Shown one piece after another: positions 9,164 to 19,346 of a stretch of 64,000 nucleotides of DNA. The stretch covers positions 64,001-128,000 of the forward strand of contig CAXXVK010000072.1 of assembly GCA_963676915.2 (NCBI GenBank). The letters are read 5' to 3'. A program made the position numbers and the translations under genes. Numbering within the stretch: position 1 is the stretch's first letter; each line of letters starts with the position of its first letter. A model generated the notes under the pieces. That model ran no database searches, had not been told where the DNA came from, and was given only the letters and a program-made list of their open reading frames with translations. The stretch comes from Myxococcota bacterium (GTDB taxonomy: Bacteria > Myxococcota_A > SURF-8 > G963663525).

Positions 9164-10981
9164 ATGACACAGGAAAATGTACTTTTTGAAGCTACGGAAA
9201 CACAGGAACATTCATCTTTTTTCCATACGTTACTCGAAGAAGAAACGGAATTTTTCGCAACTCTGAGCCATTGCAAGTCGTTGGAGGATGCCAAGCAGCA
9301 TATCACCGATCACGTCGCTCTCTGGGAACATCAGGCGTTTTCGAACGAAAACCGCAGTATCGATGAAGTAAGCCGCGTGCGCGATTGCGCCAGCCAGTTT
9401 CGTTCCATGCTTACCGAACGTGCGGAAAAAGCCAGTGGTTTCAGTCTGGCAGAGACCCTTTACGAACTTGCCACCGAACCCCAGCGATTGAAGAATTGCA
9501 AACCCGGTTTCTTTGCCGAATTATTGTTTCTTTTCAGAGGCTTGGAAAACCGTTTCAAAGTGGAAGACAAGGCCGATTTTCGTATGGACAACGAATTGTC
9601 CGGCCGGGATGCTTCCTTGAAACGTTCCAATCAACTCGACCGACTGGCTGAGATGTCCGATTTCTTCATGAATCGGTATCGACATGGACTGGAACCGGAA
9701 ATCGTCGAACTGCGTGAAAAAAACAAGCAACACATCCTCGAAGTGCTCCAGGGAACCGAGAAAAACTGGACAGACTGGGTTTGGCAAACACGCAATGTCG
9801 TGAAAGATCCGAAAAAACTGGATCGTCTCGTATCCTTGAGCGATACGGAACGGACGAGCATCGAAAAGGCTCTGCGCCTGAACCTTCCTTTTGGGGTTAC
9901 GCCTTTTTATCTTTCATTGATGGGTGGCGAGCAAGGGCAGGATCGTTCCTTGCGCTATCAGGTTTTCCCGCCTTCGCAGTACGTCGAAACCATGGAAGCC
10001 CACCGGGACGACCTGGAATACAGCATGGATTTCATGGGCGAACACGACACCTCGCCGGAAGACCTGATCACCCGGCGCTATGTCGGGGTGCTGATTCTCA
10101 AACCGTACAATACCTGCCCACAGATTTGCGTTTACTGTCAACGCAACTGGGAAATCGACAGCGCCATGGCTCCCAATGCCATGGCATCCCCCGAAGAACT
10201 GGAACGTGCCATCGAATGGATTGCCGAGCATCCATCCATCCACGAGGTGCTTGTCACCGGCGGCGATCCGCTGATTCTGGGAGACGGTCGCATCCGCAAG
10301 ATTCTGGAACGCCTCGCCGAAATCGATTCGATCGAGCGCATCCGTATCGGCACCCGGATTCCGGTCACGATGCCTATGCGCATCACCTCGGAACTTGCCG
10401 ATATGTTGGGAGAAATCCGAGATCCCGGTCGTTTGGCGCTGGATGTCGTCACGCACATTCAACACCCATACGAAATCAACCCGGACATGGTGCTGGCCGT
10501 CGACCGTCTGAGGACACGCGGTATCATGGTGTACAATCAGATGGTCTATACTTTCTTCAATTCCCGACGTTTCGAAGCATCGTATTTAAGGCGATTGCTC
10601 AAACGTGTCGGCGTAGATCCCTACTATACGTTCAATGCCAAAGGCAAAGAGGAAACCGTAGACTACCGGGTACCGATCGCTCGACTGCTCCAAGAGCAAA
10701 AAGAAGAAACAAGACTCTCCCCCGGTCTGGCTCGAACGGACGAGGCCGTGTTCAATGTTCCGCTTTTGGGCAAAAATTATCTTCGAGCGAACCAGTATCA
10801 CGACTGGATCGGTCTTGCTCCCGACGGATCGAGAATTTTCGAGTTTCATCCCTGGGAACGCAACATCGCCAAGCAGGATACCTACGTCTACCAAGATGTC
10901 CCAATCCTGAGTTATCTCAATCGTCTACAGAACATTGGCGAAAACCCGGACGATTACAGTACGATTTGGTATTATTTCTGA
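9164..10981 (+). CDS. KamA-family (lysine 2,3-aminomutase-like) radical SAM protein, long form
   Basis: NWTDWVWQ, FGVTPFYLSL, ITRRY, CPQICVYC (CxxxCxxC), EVLVTGGDPL, RIRIGTRIPVTMPMRIT. AAGGAG SD. Confidence 0.85.
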   Translation: MTQENVLFEATETQEHSSFFHTLLEEETEFFATLSHCKSLEDAKQHITDHVALWEHQAFSNENRSIDEVSRVRDCASQFRSMLTERAEKASGFSLAETLYELATEPQRLKNCKPGFFAELLFLFRGLENRFKVEDKADFRMDNELSGRDASLKRSNQLDRLAEMSDFFMNRYRHGLEPEIVELREKNKQHILEVLQGTEKNWTDWVWQTRNVVKDPKKLDRLVSLSDTERTSIEKALRLNLPFGVTPFYLSLMGGEQGQDRSLRYQVFPPSQYVETMEAHRDDLEYSMDFMGEHDTSPEDLITRRYVGVLILKPYNTCPQICVYCQRNWEIDSAMAPNAMASPEELERAIEWIAEHPSIHEVLVTGGDPLILGDGRIRKILERLAEIDSIERIRIGTRIPVTMPMRITSELADMLGEIRDPGRLALDVVTHIQHPYEINPDMVLAVDRLRTRGIMVYNQMVYTFFNSRRFEASYLRRLLKRVGVDPYYTFNAKGKEETVDYRVPIARLLQEQKEETRLSPGLARTDEAVFNVPLLGKNYLRANQYHDWIGLAPDGSRIFEFHPWERNIAKQDTYVYQDVPILSYLNRLQNIGENPDDYSTIWYYF

Positions 10982-11003
10982 TTGTTTGGGGAAATAGGAT
11001 TCG

Positions 11004-12017
11004 CTATAAGCCCATCTTTTTTTCCAAGGCGTCCGCCAGTCGAATGGCTCCTTCGCCGTCGATGAGTTGTCGGCCTTTTTCGGAGAGACTCTTTCGTGTG
11101 TCGGGATCTTCCAGAATTCCAGACATCAATTCGGTTACCCGGTTGGAAGGCGTACACTTCAGCGATCCGTAATAGATGGCAGCCTTGCACTTGGATACTC
11201 GCACGGCCTCTTCTCGCTGAATACGGTGGATGGAACCGATCATACACGGAACACCTAGCGTCAGGGCTTCCATCATGCGAAGACCTGGAAACGAGATAAA
11301 ACCATCCGTTTCGGCAAATAGCGGTTCAAAATTGCTGGGTGGCTCGATGATTTTCAGCCGATGCGGCGCGATGGCGGCGACGTGTTCCAATTCCCGGCGA
11401 TGAATCGCGTCTTTGGGTAACGGCACGGTGATTTCGAGATTGTCACCAAACGCGTTTTCCAGAATACGCACGGTCGAACCCACGGCAAAACCCGGATCGG
11501 ATTCGGTCCAGATGAGGATTTTTTTCATCACGGGAACGATCTCTCGCTCCTGTTCACGTGCTTCTCGAACGCTTTTCCGAATCGGAATGTAGCGGTATCC
11601 GCCAACGCGGGAGGGAGACCCGTTTCGTACTGGGTGCAAAAACGGTCCTACCAGTAGATCGGCGGATTTTTGGCTGATAGGAAGAGGGGTCACTGCCGCG
11701 AGAGGACGGATTTTGCGGACCTGCTGAAGCTGATCTTCGTCTAAATCCGGGCGGTCGATCCAGATACAGTCGATTTTTTCTTCTGCAACGAGATCCTTGA
11801 AAAACAACAGGTCTTCGTTCCAGTGACATTTTGGATCGATCTCGACTTTTTTGATGGGCAGGTCGTCGAAGGCATTGTCCAGCCAGGTGGGAAGCGTTTT
11901 GGAAAGCAACACGCATTGGTGCCCACGCGAGGTGAATTCCTCAACCATGGCAGCGGTATGGAGCACGCTGTCCGACCCGATCACCGGGTTGCTTTCACAA
12001 TGCATCAGAATGCGCAT
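11004..12017 (-). CDS. PseG/SpsG-like GT-B-fold UDP-sugar hydrolase/glycosyltransferase (degenerate)
   Basis: N-terminus MRILMHCESNPVIG, EALTLGVP, and C-terminal GRQLIDGEGAIRLAD typical of SpsG/PseG. Confidence 0.65.
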   Translation of the reverse strand: MRILMHCESNPVIGSDSVLHTAAMVEEFTSRGHQCVLLSKTLPTWLDNAFDDLPIKKVEIDPKCHWNEDLLFFKDLVAEEKIDCIWIDRPDLDEDQLQQVRKIRPLAAVTPLPISQKSADLLVGPFLHPVRNGSPSRVGGYRYIPIRKSVREAREQEREIVPVMKKILIWTESDPGFAVGSTVRILENAFGDNLEITVPLPKDAIHRRELEHVAAIAPHRLKIIEPPSNFEPLFAETDGFISFPGLRMMEALTLGVPCMIGSIHRIQREEAVRVSKCKAAIYYGSLKCTPSNRVTELMSGILEDPDTRKSLSEKGRQLIDGEGAIRLADALEKKMGL

Positions 12018-12578
12018 ACAACGTCCTTCGTGACCAATTCCTCCATATTATTAAGCTATATTATCATAAATAAGTTTTAATTACCACTTAATATTGCATA
12101 ACAATATAAAACTTTTGACTGGGATTTTCCACTACCATTCTTTCCCCGTCGGAAAGGCAGGAAACTCGAAGTCCACGATCCGGTTCAAAACGTTGTCCCA
12201 CGGAAAAGGGACGACAAGATTATCCATAAGATCATCAATGCATGAATTTGCAACAGTGTACCTGATTTTTTGCATGTTGAATAGACTTTTCTTTTTCAGG
12301 AAAACATTCCATCGACATGTTTCGTTATTGCAACGTTGCAAACCATGAAAAGACACTAGAAGCCATCCTAAAAATACACTCCTCTCGTCTTTCGGATGCT
12401 TTCGGTCGACTTCGCCGCCGGTCTCGACTTGAAAGACTCCCGGTATTCCGCGTCTCGCCAACGACGAATTCGTCTCGAAATCACCTCGAAATCCTCGGTC
12501 GGTAGTTTTAGGATGACTTCTAGAAAAGGTTCAATTTACACAATTACGATGTTTCAACGTTCTTTTCCACAAGGATAC

Positions 12579-12606
12579 TTGCACTATTCAACGTTTTGAC
12601 TATGAT
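12579..12606 (+). promoter_or_regulatory. Candidate sigma-70 promoter of the glpA-like operon
   Basis: TTGCAC-16 nt-TATGAT, 32 nt before the ATG at 12639. Confidence 0.4.
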
Positions 12607-12638
12607 GCCACCGGCAGAACAAATACGGAGGTTCGCCG

Positions 12639-14087
12639 ATGTTGTACGATGTTGTAATTATCGGAGGCGGTGTCGTCGGCTGCTGCATCGCGAGAGAGCT
12701 GTCACGCTACAAACTGAAATGCGCGCTTATTGAAAAAGAGTGCGAAGTCGGTTTCGGCACCACGAAAACCAACAGTGGAATCATTCACGCCGGTCATCAC
12801 TCCCCACCGGAAACCGTCAAAGGAAGCCTGGTCGTTCGCGGAAACGAACTGTACGAACAGCTTCACAAAGATCTGAAATTCGGTTTCGAGCGTATCGGAG
12901 AATTGACCGTTGCTCTGAACGAGGAAGACCTGCCGGTTCTGGAGCATTTGCGGGAACAGGGCGAGAAAAAAGGTGTCCCCGGCATCGAAATGTGGGATCG
13001 CAAACGCCTGCGCCGGGAAGAACCCAACCTCAGCCCCAATCTCATCGCTGCGCTGCATACGCCGTCCGCAGGGGTTATCAATCCCTACGAACTCAGTTTC
13101 GGTCTGGCGGAATCCGCCATGAACAACGGCGTGGAAATGATCATGGAAAATCCCGTCGTCGGCATCGAAGCCAAAGACGGGGTTCTGACGGTCAAAGGGG
13201 CGCGAACCACGGTTTCGGGTCGGTTCGTGATCAACGCCGCCGGTGTTTTCGCCGATAAAATCGCCAATCTGCTGGGTATGAACGATTTCTCGATTCATCC
13301 CCGCAAAGGTGAGGAATACCTGCTCGATAAACGCCTGAAGGGCATTGTCAAGCGGCTGATTTTCCCGACGCCTCAGCCGAAAAGCAAGGGCATCCTGATT
13401 ATCCCCACGTTCGACGGCACCTTGATGGTCGGTCCGACCGCCGAGGATATGGACGACCGTGAAAACGTGGATACGTCTCTTGAGGGATCGAAAAAGGTTT
13501 TCGAATCGATCCGAAAATACTGTTCGGCCATTTCCGAGCGGGACACGATTACCGAATTCGCAGGACTTCGCGCCGTATCGAGCACCAACGATTTCATTAT
13601 CGGCCCGACTTCGGTAAAGGGATTTATCAACGTGGCGGGAATCCAGTCTCCCGGCCTGACCGCCGCCCCGGCCATCGCCGAGTATGTTCGCAATATCCTG
13701 AAAGACGAAGGCTTGGAGCTTATCGAGCGGGACGATTGGGAGCCGGAAATCGAAGGTCCGGTCCGTTTCGCGCTGCTCAGTGCCGAAGAACGAAAAGAAC
13801 TGGCTCGTAAAGATCCCCGACACGGGCGGATCGTCTGCCGCTGCGAAGTCGTCACCGAAGGCGAAGTGATCGACGCCATCAAGCACGGTGCTCGCACGCT
13901 GGACGGGGTGAAATTCCGCGTCCGCGCTGGAATGGGGCGCTGCCAGGGAGGGTTCTGCACGGCAAGAGTGATGGAAATTCTCGCCGAACAGACGGGAGTT
14001 CCTTTCGAGGAAATCACGAAACGAGGCAAGGGGTCCGAACTGTTCTATCCCCGCTGGGACCATGACGATCAAGGAGACGAACAATGA
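12639..14087 (+). CDS. FAD-dependent oxidoreductase with C-terminal BFD-like [2Fe-2S] domain (glycerol-3-phosphate dehydrogenase GlpA-like/LhgO family)
   Basis: GGGVVG Rossmann motif, [32 protein letters not shown]...[12 protein letters not shown]. Confidence 0.85.
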   Translation: MLYDVVIIGGGVVGCCIARELSRYKLKCALIEKECEVGFGTTKTNSGIIHAGHHSPPETVKGSLVVRGNELYEQLHKDLKFGFERIGELTVALNEEDLPVLEHLREQGEKKGVPGIEMWDRKRLRREEPNLSPNLIAALHTPSAGVINPYELSFGLAESAMNNGVEMIMENPVVGIEAKDGVLTVKGARTTVSGRFVINAAGVFADKIANLLGMNDFSIHPRKGEEYLLDKRLKGIVKRLIFPTPQPKSKGILIIPTFDGTLMVGPTAEDMDDRENVDTSLEGSKKVFESIRKYCSAISERDTITEFAGLRAVSSTNDFIIGPTSVKGFINVAGIQSPGLTAAPAIAEYVRNILKDEGLELIERDDWEPEIEGPVRFALLSAEERKELARKDPRHGRIVCRCEVVTEGEVIDAIKHGARTLDGVKFRVRAGMGRCQGGFCTARVMEILAEQTGVPFEEITKRGKGSELFYPRWDHDDQGDEQ

Positions 14088-15343
14088 AACCGCAACTTGC
14101 CGAAAAATATGATGTTCTGGTCGTCGGTGGCGGTCCTGCCGGATTGGGTGCAGCCCTGGGCGCACGGGAAGCCGGTGCCGAGAAAATCCTCATCATCGAT
14201 CGTGAACGGGAAGCCGGCGGCATCCTCAACCAATGCATTCACAACGGTTTCGGATTGCATCATTTCAAAGAGGAACTGACCGGTCCCGAATACGCCGAAC
14301 GTTTTATCGGAATGGCGCTGGATCAGGGAATCGAAATCCTTACCGGTTCCTACGTGCTGGATATCAACCCGGCGCTCGGCGTCCAGATTCTCAGCGACGC
14401 CTATGGCCTGATCGAAACCCACGCCGGAGCGGTGGTTCTGGCAATGGGTTGCAGAGAACGTACACGCGGCGCGATCCGAATTCCCGGTTCGCGTCCCTCG
14501 GGTGTATTCACTGCCGGATTGGCCCAGAAAATGGTCAATCAATACGGGCTATTACCGGGAAAACGCATCGCCATTTTGGGATCGGGCGACATCGGCCTGA
14601 TTATGGCGCGGCGGTTGATTCTCGAAGGCTGTCACGTAGAAGGCGTATACGAAATCATGCCGTACACCAACGGTCTGGCTCGTAACGTGGTGCAATGCCT
14701 GGATGATTTCGATATCCCCATGCACCTTTCGACCACGGTTGCGAACATTCAAGGCAAAAACCGCGTCGAAAAGCTCACGCTTGCACCGGTTGACGACAAA
14801 TGGAGCCCGGACATGCAACGGGCCTGGGATATCGAAGTCGATACCCTGCTTGTCGCCATCGGATTGATTCCCGAAAACGAACTTTCCCAGCGCTTGCGTC
14901 TACGGATGGATGTAGCCACCGGCGGACCCGTCGTTTCCAGTACGCTGGAAACCTCGCTGCCGGGCGTATTCGCCTGCGGCAACGTGCTGCACGTTCACGA
15001 CCTGGTGGATTTCGTGACCGAAGAATCCATTCGTGCGGGTGGTTTTGCCGGGGAAGTCGCTTTGGGTAAGCGCCGTCCCCAGGACAACATCGTTCTCCAA
15101 CCCGGCGACAACGTTTCCTACTGCGTACCGCGTACTCTTTCGCCGGACCGCGAACAGACCGTTTACATGCGCTGTCGCAAGCCGATGAAAAATGCCGTCC
15201 TGACTGTCGGCAACTTGGTAGAAAAGAAACTTCGGCTGGTGGTTCCTTCGGAAATGATCAAGTTGAAACTCAAACCGGAAGTGCTTGAACGCTACTTCGA
15301 GGAACAGTTGACGATCCACATTCGTCCTGCGGAGGCCGTCTGA
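14084..15343 (+). CDS. NAD(P)/FAD-dependent oxidoreductase (pyridine nucleotide-disulfide family)
   Basis: [58 protein letters not shown] overlap with the upstream gene. Confidence 0.85.
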   Translation: MKPQLAEKYDVLVVGGGPAGLGAALGAREAGAEKILIIDREREAGGILNQCIHNGFGLHHFKEELTGPEYAERFIGMALDQGIEILTGSYVLDINPALGVQILSDAYGLIETHAGAVVLAMGCRERTRGAIRIPGSRPSGVFTAGLAQKMVNQYGLLPGKRIAILGSGDIGLIMARRLILEGCHVEGVYEIMPYTNGLARNVVQCLDDFDIPMHLSTTVANIQGKNRVEKLTLAPVDDKWSPDMQRAWDIEVDTLLVAIGLIPENELSQRLRLRMDVATGGPVVSSTLETSLPGVFACGNVLHVHDLVDFVTEESIRAGGFAGEVALGKRRPQDNIVLQPGDNVSYCVPRTLSPDREQTVYMRCRKPMKNAVLTVGNLVEKKLRLVVPSEMIKLKLKPEVLERYFEEQLTIHIRPAEAV

Positions 15344-15717
15344 TGAATAATACTACGCACGAACTGACCTGTATCGGCTGCCCGATGGGGTGTCCGCTGG
15401 AACTGACCATCGAAGGCAAGGAAGTCGTCAAGGTAACAGGCAACGAATGCCGCCGAGGCGACAAGTACGCACGCCAGGAGTTCACCGATCCCCGGCGCAT
15501 GGTCACGACAACCGTGGCTTGTTCCAACGGCTTGTGGTCCCGGGTGCCCGTTAAAACCTCCGAAGCGGTTCCCAAGGGCAAAGTCATGGACATCGCCGAA
15601 GCCTTGCATCAACTGAACCTGCAAGCCCCTGTCACCGTGGGACAGGTGGTTCTCGACGATGCGGCCGGTACGGGGATTGCGGTTATCGCAACCCGGTCCA
15701 TGCCCGTGCAGTCATAA
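15343..15717 (+). CDS. DUF1667 (CxxC-containing) small subunit of the glpA-like operon
   Basis: CIGCPMGC...VTGNECRRG...PRRMVTTTV...VPVKT. Confidence 0.85.
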   Translation: MNNTTHELTCIGCPMGCPLELTIEGKEVVKVTGNECRRGDKYARQEFTDPRRMVTTTVACSNGLWSRVPVKTSEAVPKGKVMDIAEALHQLNLQAPVTVGQVVLDDAAGTGIAVIATRSMPVQS

Positions 15718-15734
15718 AAGAGAATTTTTCATGT

Positions 15735-15747
15735 AATCAACAGGTTA
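15735..15747 (+). promoter_or_regulatory. IHF consensus site
   Basis: AATCAA-CAGG-TTA matches WATCAANNNNTTR exactly. Confidence 0.45.
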
Positions 15748-15789
15748 CAAGGAAGATTCAAACGGGAGACCTAGAAATTCAAAAATTGT

Positions 15790-15819
15790 AGCGGCGAGGC
15801 GCAAGCCCGCCGCTTTTTT
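15790..15819 (+). terminator. Intrinsic terminator after the glpA-like operon
   Basis: AGCGGCG-AGGCGCAAGCC-CGCCGCT followed by a T run. Confidence 0.7.
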
Positions 15820-15886
15820 GTGGCTACGGCCGAAACATCGTGCAGATTTTCGAAATGGTTTATACTATTTCGCTATCAAGCATTCC

Positions 15887-15951
15887 GTAGGTCGGGCAAA
15901 TTTCTTGCCCGACATTGCCAATCTGTCGGGCTAAAAATTAGCCCGACCTAC
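15887..15951. repeat. REP doublet (REPIN-like), GTAG family
   Basis: GTAGGTCGGGCAAATTTCTTGCCCGAC plus inverted GTCGGGCTAAAAATTAGCCCGACCTAC. Confidence 0.85.
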
Positions 15952-15994
15952 TACTACTGCTAGAACCGAAGCCCATGGAGGTTTTCGAAATGGT

Positions 15995-16165
15995 TTACAA
16001 AGCCTCCAGTTCACGGCGCTTTTCTGCAATCTGCTCTTCCAACTCCTCGATTTCCATGAGTTGATGCGGTCGCACGCTATGCGCGGGGAGCCGTTTTTCA
16101 GCATCTTGCAATGTTTTGCGCAACGCTTCAATTTCCTTGAGAAGTTTTTCTTTGGGATCTTCCAT
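15995..16165 (-). CDS. Small (56 aa) helical-hairpin hypothetical protein with LPAHSVRPHQ motif
   Basis: ATG at 16165 after AGGAAG. Two amphipathic helices flanking PAHSVRP. Confidence 0.7.
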   Translation of the reverse strand: MEDPKEKLLKEIEALRKTLQDAEKRLPAHSVRPHQLMEIEELEEQIAEKRRELEAL

Positions 16166-16215
16166 GGCTTCTTCCTGTCGGCTCTTTTCGTGATACTTCG
16201 TCGCAAAACGGTACA

Positions 16216-17601
16216 TTATGAAACGATTCGTTCCGCTTCAACACGATGTTTCACCCATTCCAAACCATCTTCGAGACTCGCGAACTCACCGTTGAGTTGC
16301 GCCTCGTAGCACTGATCCAATAGAGCCCCGAACCATGCCCCCGGTTTCAGCCCCATTTCGATAAGATGTCGCCCCATCACGAGCGCCTTGGGTGCGCTGT
16401 CCTGCACGTCGAGTTCTCGCGCTTTTTCCAGCAACCAACGTCCTTCGGGAAAATCCTCGGCGGGAATCGGCGGACGCCCGAACGAATCGGCACGAGCAAC
16501 GCGCACCAGTCGATCGATACGGCCGACTTTTCGCGCCAACCGACGAATCGCCGCACTCGAAACCTTCGTCTTAAAAAACTCCGTGGGTCGTAAGTGATGA
16601 TGTACGAGCGGTTCGACGGCTTCGATCAACCGCTTCGACGCTCGGATACGCTCCAGAAAGGTTCGTGTCGGTTGCAATCCTAAAGCTTCGTGACCGGGCG
16701 ATCGAATATGATCCCGGTCGAATACCGTGGTAGCCGGTTTACCGAAATCGTGGCACAGCACGGCAAAACCGACGATCAGATCTTCGTCATCGTCGCCGAT
16801 TCTCTCTTTGGCGAATGCATCGAGACAATGCCCCGTATGACGGAACACATCGCCCTCGGGATGCCATTCCTTATCCTGCGGACAGCCATCCAGCGCGTCA
16901 ACCTCTGGGAAATACTGCAACCACCCGCTTTCCTTGAGGAAATCCATCCCCATGGACGGCTTTACTCCCTGAAGAAGCAGCTTTTTCCACTCCTCGAACA
17001 AACGCTCGGGAGCGAGGTTTTCCGGGGTTAGCGAACGGCAAAGCGTGACAGTGGAAGGATCGGCTTTCAATTCGAAACGAGCGCAAAACTGCATTCCACG
17101 CAACACCCGCAAAGGATCTTCCGCGAATTTTTCGGAGACATGGCGCAAACGATGGTCATACAGGTCTTTTTCTCCGCCATACGGATCATACAACGTTTCG
17201 GCATCCAGATCGTAAGCCATCGAATTGATCGTAAAATCCCTGCGTTGCGCGGCCTCGGGGATGCTCATAAACGGATCGGCATCGATTTCGAAGGCTTTGT
17301 GTCCTTTCCCTGTTTTCGATTCCCTGCGTGGCAAGGCGATGTCGATGGGCAGACCATGCACTTTCATCACGCCGAACGAGCGCCCTACGATGTCGAGACG
17401 AAAGGTTTTAGAAAGGATCTCGTGCAGTTTTTCGACAGGTAAATCGTACACTTCGATATCGAAATCATGGGGAATGCGACCGAGAAGCATGTCACGCACG
17501 CACCCTCCCACGAGGACAGGTCGTCCTCCGGCTTCCCGGAGGATGTCCAGTATTTGGTGGACGGTCATTTCCAATGACCGATTGGGAAAACGAAGGTTCA
17601 C
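16216..17601 (-). CDS. cca: CCA tRNA nucleotidyltransferase (class II) with HD domain
   Basis: LVGGCVRD...DFDIE, RRDFTINSMA, EDPLRVLR, ERLFEE, HPEGDVFRH, LCHDFGKP. Confidence 0.85.
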   Translation of the reverse strand: MNLRFPNRSLEMTVHQILDILREAGGRPVLVGGCVRDMLLGRIPHDFDIEVYDLPVEKLHEILSKTFRLDIVGRSFGVMKVHGLPIDIALPRRESKTGKGHKAFEIDADPFMSIPEAAQRRDFTINSMAYDLDAETLYDPYGGEKDLYDHRLRHVSEKFAEDPLRVLRGMQFCARFELKADPSTVTLCRSLTPENLAPERLFEEWKKLLLQGVKPSMGMDFLKESGWLQYFPEVDALDGCPQDKEWHPEGDVFRHTGHCLDAFAKERIGDDDEDLIVGFAVLCHDFGKPATTVFDRDHIRSPGHEALGLQPTRTFLERIRASKRLIEAVEPLVHHHLRPTEFFKTKVSSAAIRRLARKVGRIDRLVRVARADSFGRPPIPAEDFPEGRWLLEKARELDVQDSAPKALVMGRHLIEMGLKPGAWFGALLDQCYEAQLNGEFASLEDGLEWVKHRVEAERIVS

Positions 17602-17648
17602 GAGAAAGAAAACGCTTTTTGGACCTGGAAACGAACCTGCTTCACAGA

Positions 17649-18806
17649 TTACAAATTGGCGGAAACCAGGTATTGATCCATGGTTTTGACAACCTCGTCT
17701 GAAAGATTATCGATGGCCAGTGCCAACCCGGCTTCTGCGTCGGACTGTCGAGCCATGTTATCCGTCACAACGTGGACCACTTTGGCTTGTACCCAGATTT
17801 CTTCGAGATCTTCCGGCAGGATGATCCCGAGGTTGATCGAATCGCCGCGTTTCATATCCGGTACGGGAGAAATCGGAAGGAACATACCCCCCATTTTAAT
17901 ATTGTTTTCGAACTCGCTACGCATTTCTTCCGAACGCTTGAATTCATAGAGGAAATCATTATTGGCAAGCTTGATGTCGTCCTCTTGGCGCTCCCGATTG
18001 ATGAGGTAATGCAAAAGTTTCAGGAATTCCTGACCCCGTTCGACGATCCTCATGCCGGTTTCGTAGTAAACGGCATTGGTTTTCATATCGGGAACGTGGC
18101 GCAGCCATTTCACTTCACCCACCAAGTTGCTGAAAATCTTGCCTTTCAGCGGAATACGTACGTCGCAACGCGAAGCCACGGGAATCATGTCGCGACCACG
18201 GAAACGAATGCCTCCGGCGGAAATGTTCAGCGTGAAACCGTGGTAGGTTCGGTTGTTGAAGGTAACGTCGATGCCGGTTTTCATCGTCAGACGAAAATGC
18301 TTTCGGCGTGGGTCCACTTCCTTGACTATGGGAATGTGCTTGAATTTCGGGTCGAGTCGTAAAATCGGTGTCGAACCCGAAGCGGCGGCTCGTAAACGGC
18401 TTTTGCGGGTGGCGGCGTCTTCCTGGGGCACTTCGGCAGCTTCGATCGGGGGTTTGATTTCACCCGAACGGATTTTCTCCAGGTGATCGCGCAGGTCTTT
18501 CCGGTTGAGGTCGGAAACGCGGACAAACTTCAAATGACAACGGTAGGGTACATCCGTTCCGATGGCTCGCTTGGGAATGAATCGGTCGGTGATTTCCGAT
18601 TTGGCTTCAACAAGGTTGTCGGCCTCGATATTGATCTGTACCTTCAGTTCGGCTCCTACGGCTAGAGGTAAATCCGTTACGAGCAAACAGCTATCTTCGG
18701 CCAGATGTTCAACGAAACCAGCCGTTTTGCAGATTTTTGCACCGAATTTTGCCGGATACATTCCGTTTGGAGCTTCTTGAAATCGTCCTTTGATGGTTCC
18801 CACCAT
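17649..18806 (-). CDS. Multi-PilZ-domain protein (three PilZ-like modules)
   Basis: The central module has RRKHFR and NISAGG. The C-terminal module has NIKMGGMF...AKVVHV...GLALAI. The N-terminal module is degenerate. Confidence 0.75.
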   Translation of the reverse strand: MVGTIKGRFQEAPNGMYPAKFGAKICKTAGFVEHLAEDSCLLVTDLPLAVGAELKVQINIEADNLVEAKSEITDRFIPKRAIGTDVPYRCHLKFVRVSDLNRKDLRDHLEKIRSGEIKPPIEAAEVPQEDAATRKSRLRAAASGSTPILRLDPKFKHIPIVKEVDPRRKHFRLTMKTGIDVTFNNRTYHGFTLNISAGGIRFRGRDMIPVASRCDVRIPLKGKIFSNLVGEVKWLRHVPDMKTNAVYYETGMRIVERGQEFLKLLHYLINRERQEDDIKLANNDFLYEFKRSEEMRSEFENNIKMGGMFLPISPVPDMKRGDSINLGIILPEDLEEIWVQAKVVHVVTDNMARQSDAEAGLALAIDNLSDEVVKTMDQYLVSANL

Positions 18807-19346
18807 TACTCATCCCCCGGTCTTCCTGATTGAAAAAGGACAAACGCTTTTTGCATCGAACTGCCCCCACTCGAAATCCATTCCGCTTGCACGGGATTTG
18901 CGAGTTGGTAACCTGTTTCTATTCTTCATCAAATAATCTTACATGAATTCAAAAAGGGAATCAATGAAATCCATCTTACGTTTTCTGTAAAAAAGTTCCA
19001 CTCTTGACAGGGATAGAAATTCCTTGAGTCTTTTCAATACCCTGTGCTACGTTGCCCTCCGCCGTACACGACCCTGGGAGGGCTGTGGGAGCAGACATAA
19101 AAGGTTATTTGTTCGTGCTTTTTACAGCCTGTTGCGGTATGGCAAGATTCATCCGGTTTTTCCCACATAGACGAATGGATCTTTCGTAAAACAGTAGCAA
19201 CGGGAAAATAAATTTACAGTAGCCCATCCCCATGAAATCGTTGCGTTATTTCGGGTTGGACAATATTCGGAAGCCTTTATGAAACCTATCACCGATCAGT
19301 TTTCGAACATCCGTCCACGGATTTCTTCCAATGGCCAGAGGCACCT

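Noticed and set aside
19054-19083. GCCCTCC...GGAGGGC hairpin upstream of wzx as an ncRNA or tRNA
   Set aside because: It is a single stem with no cloverleaf, U-tract or family motif.
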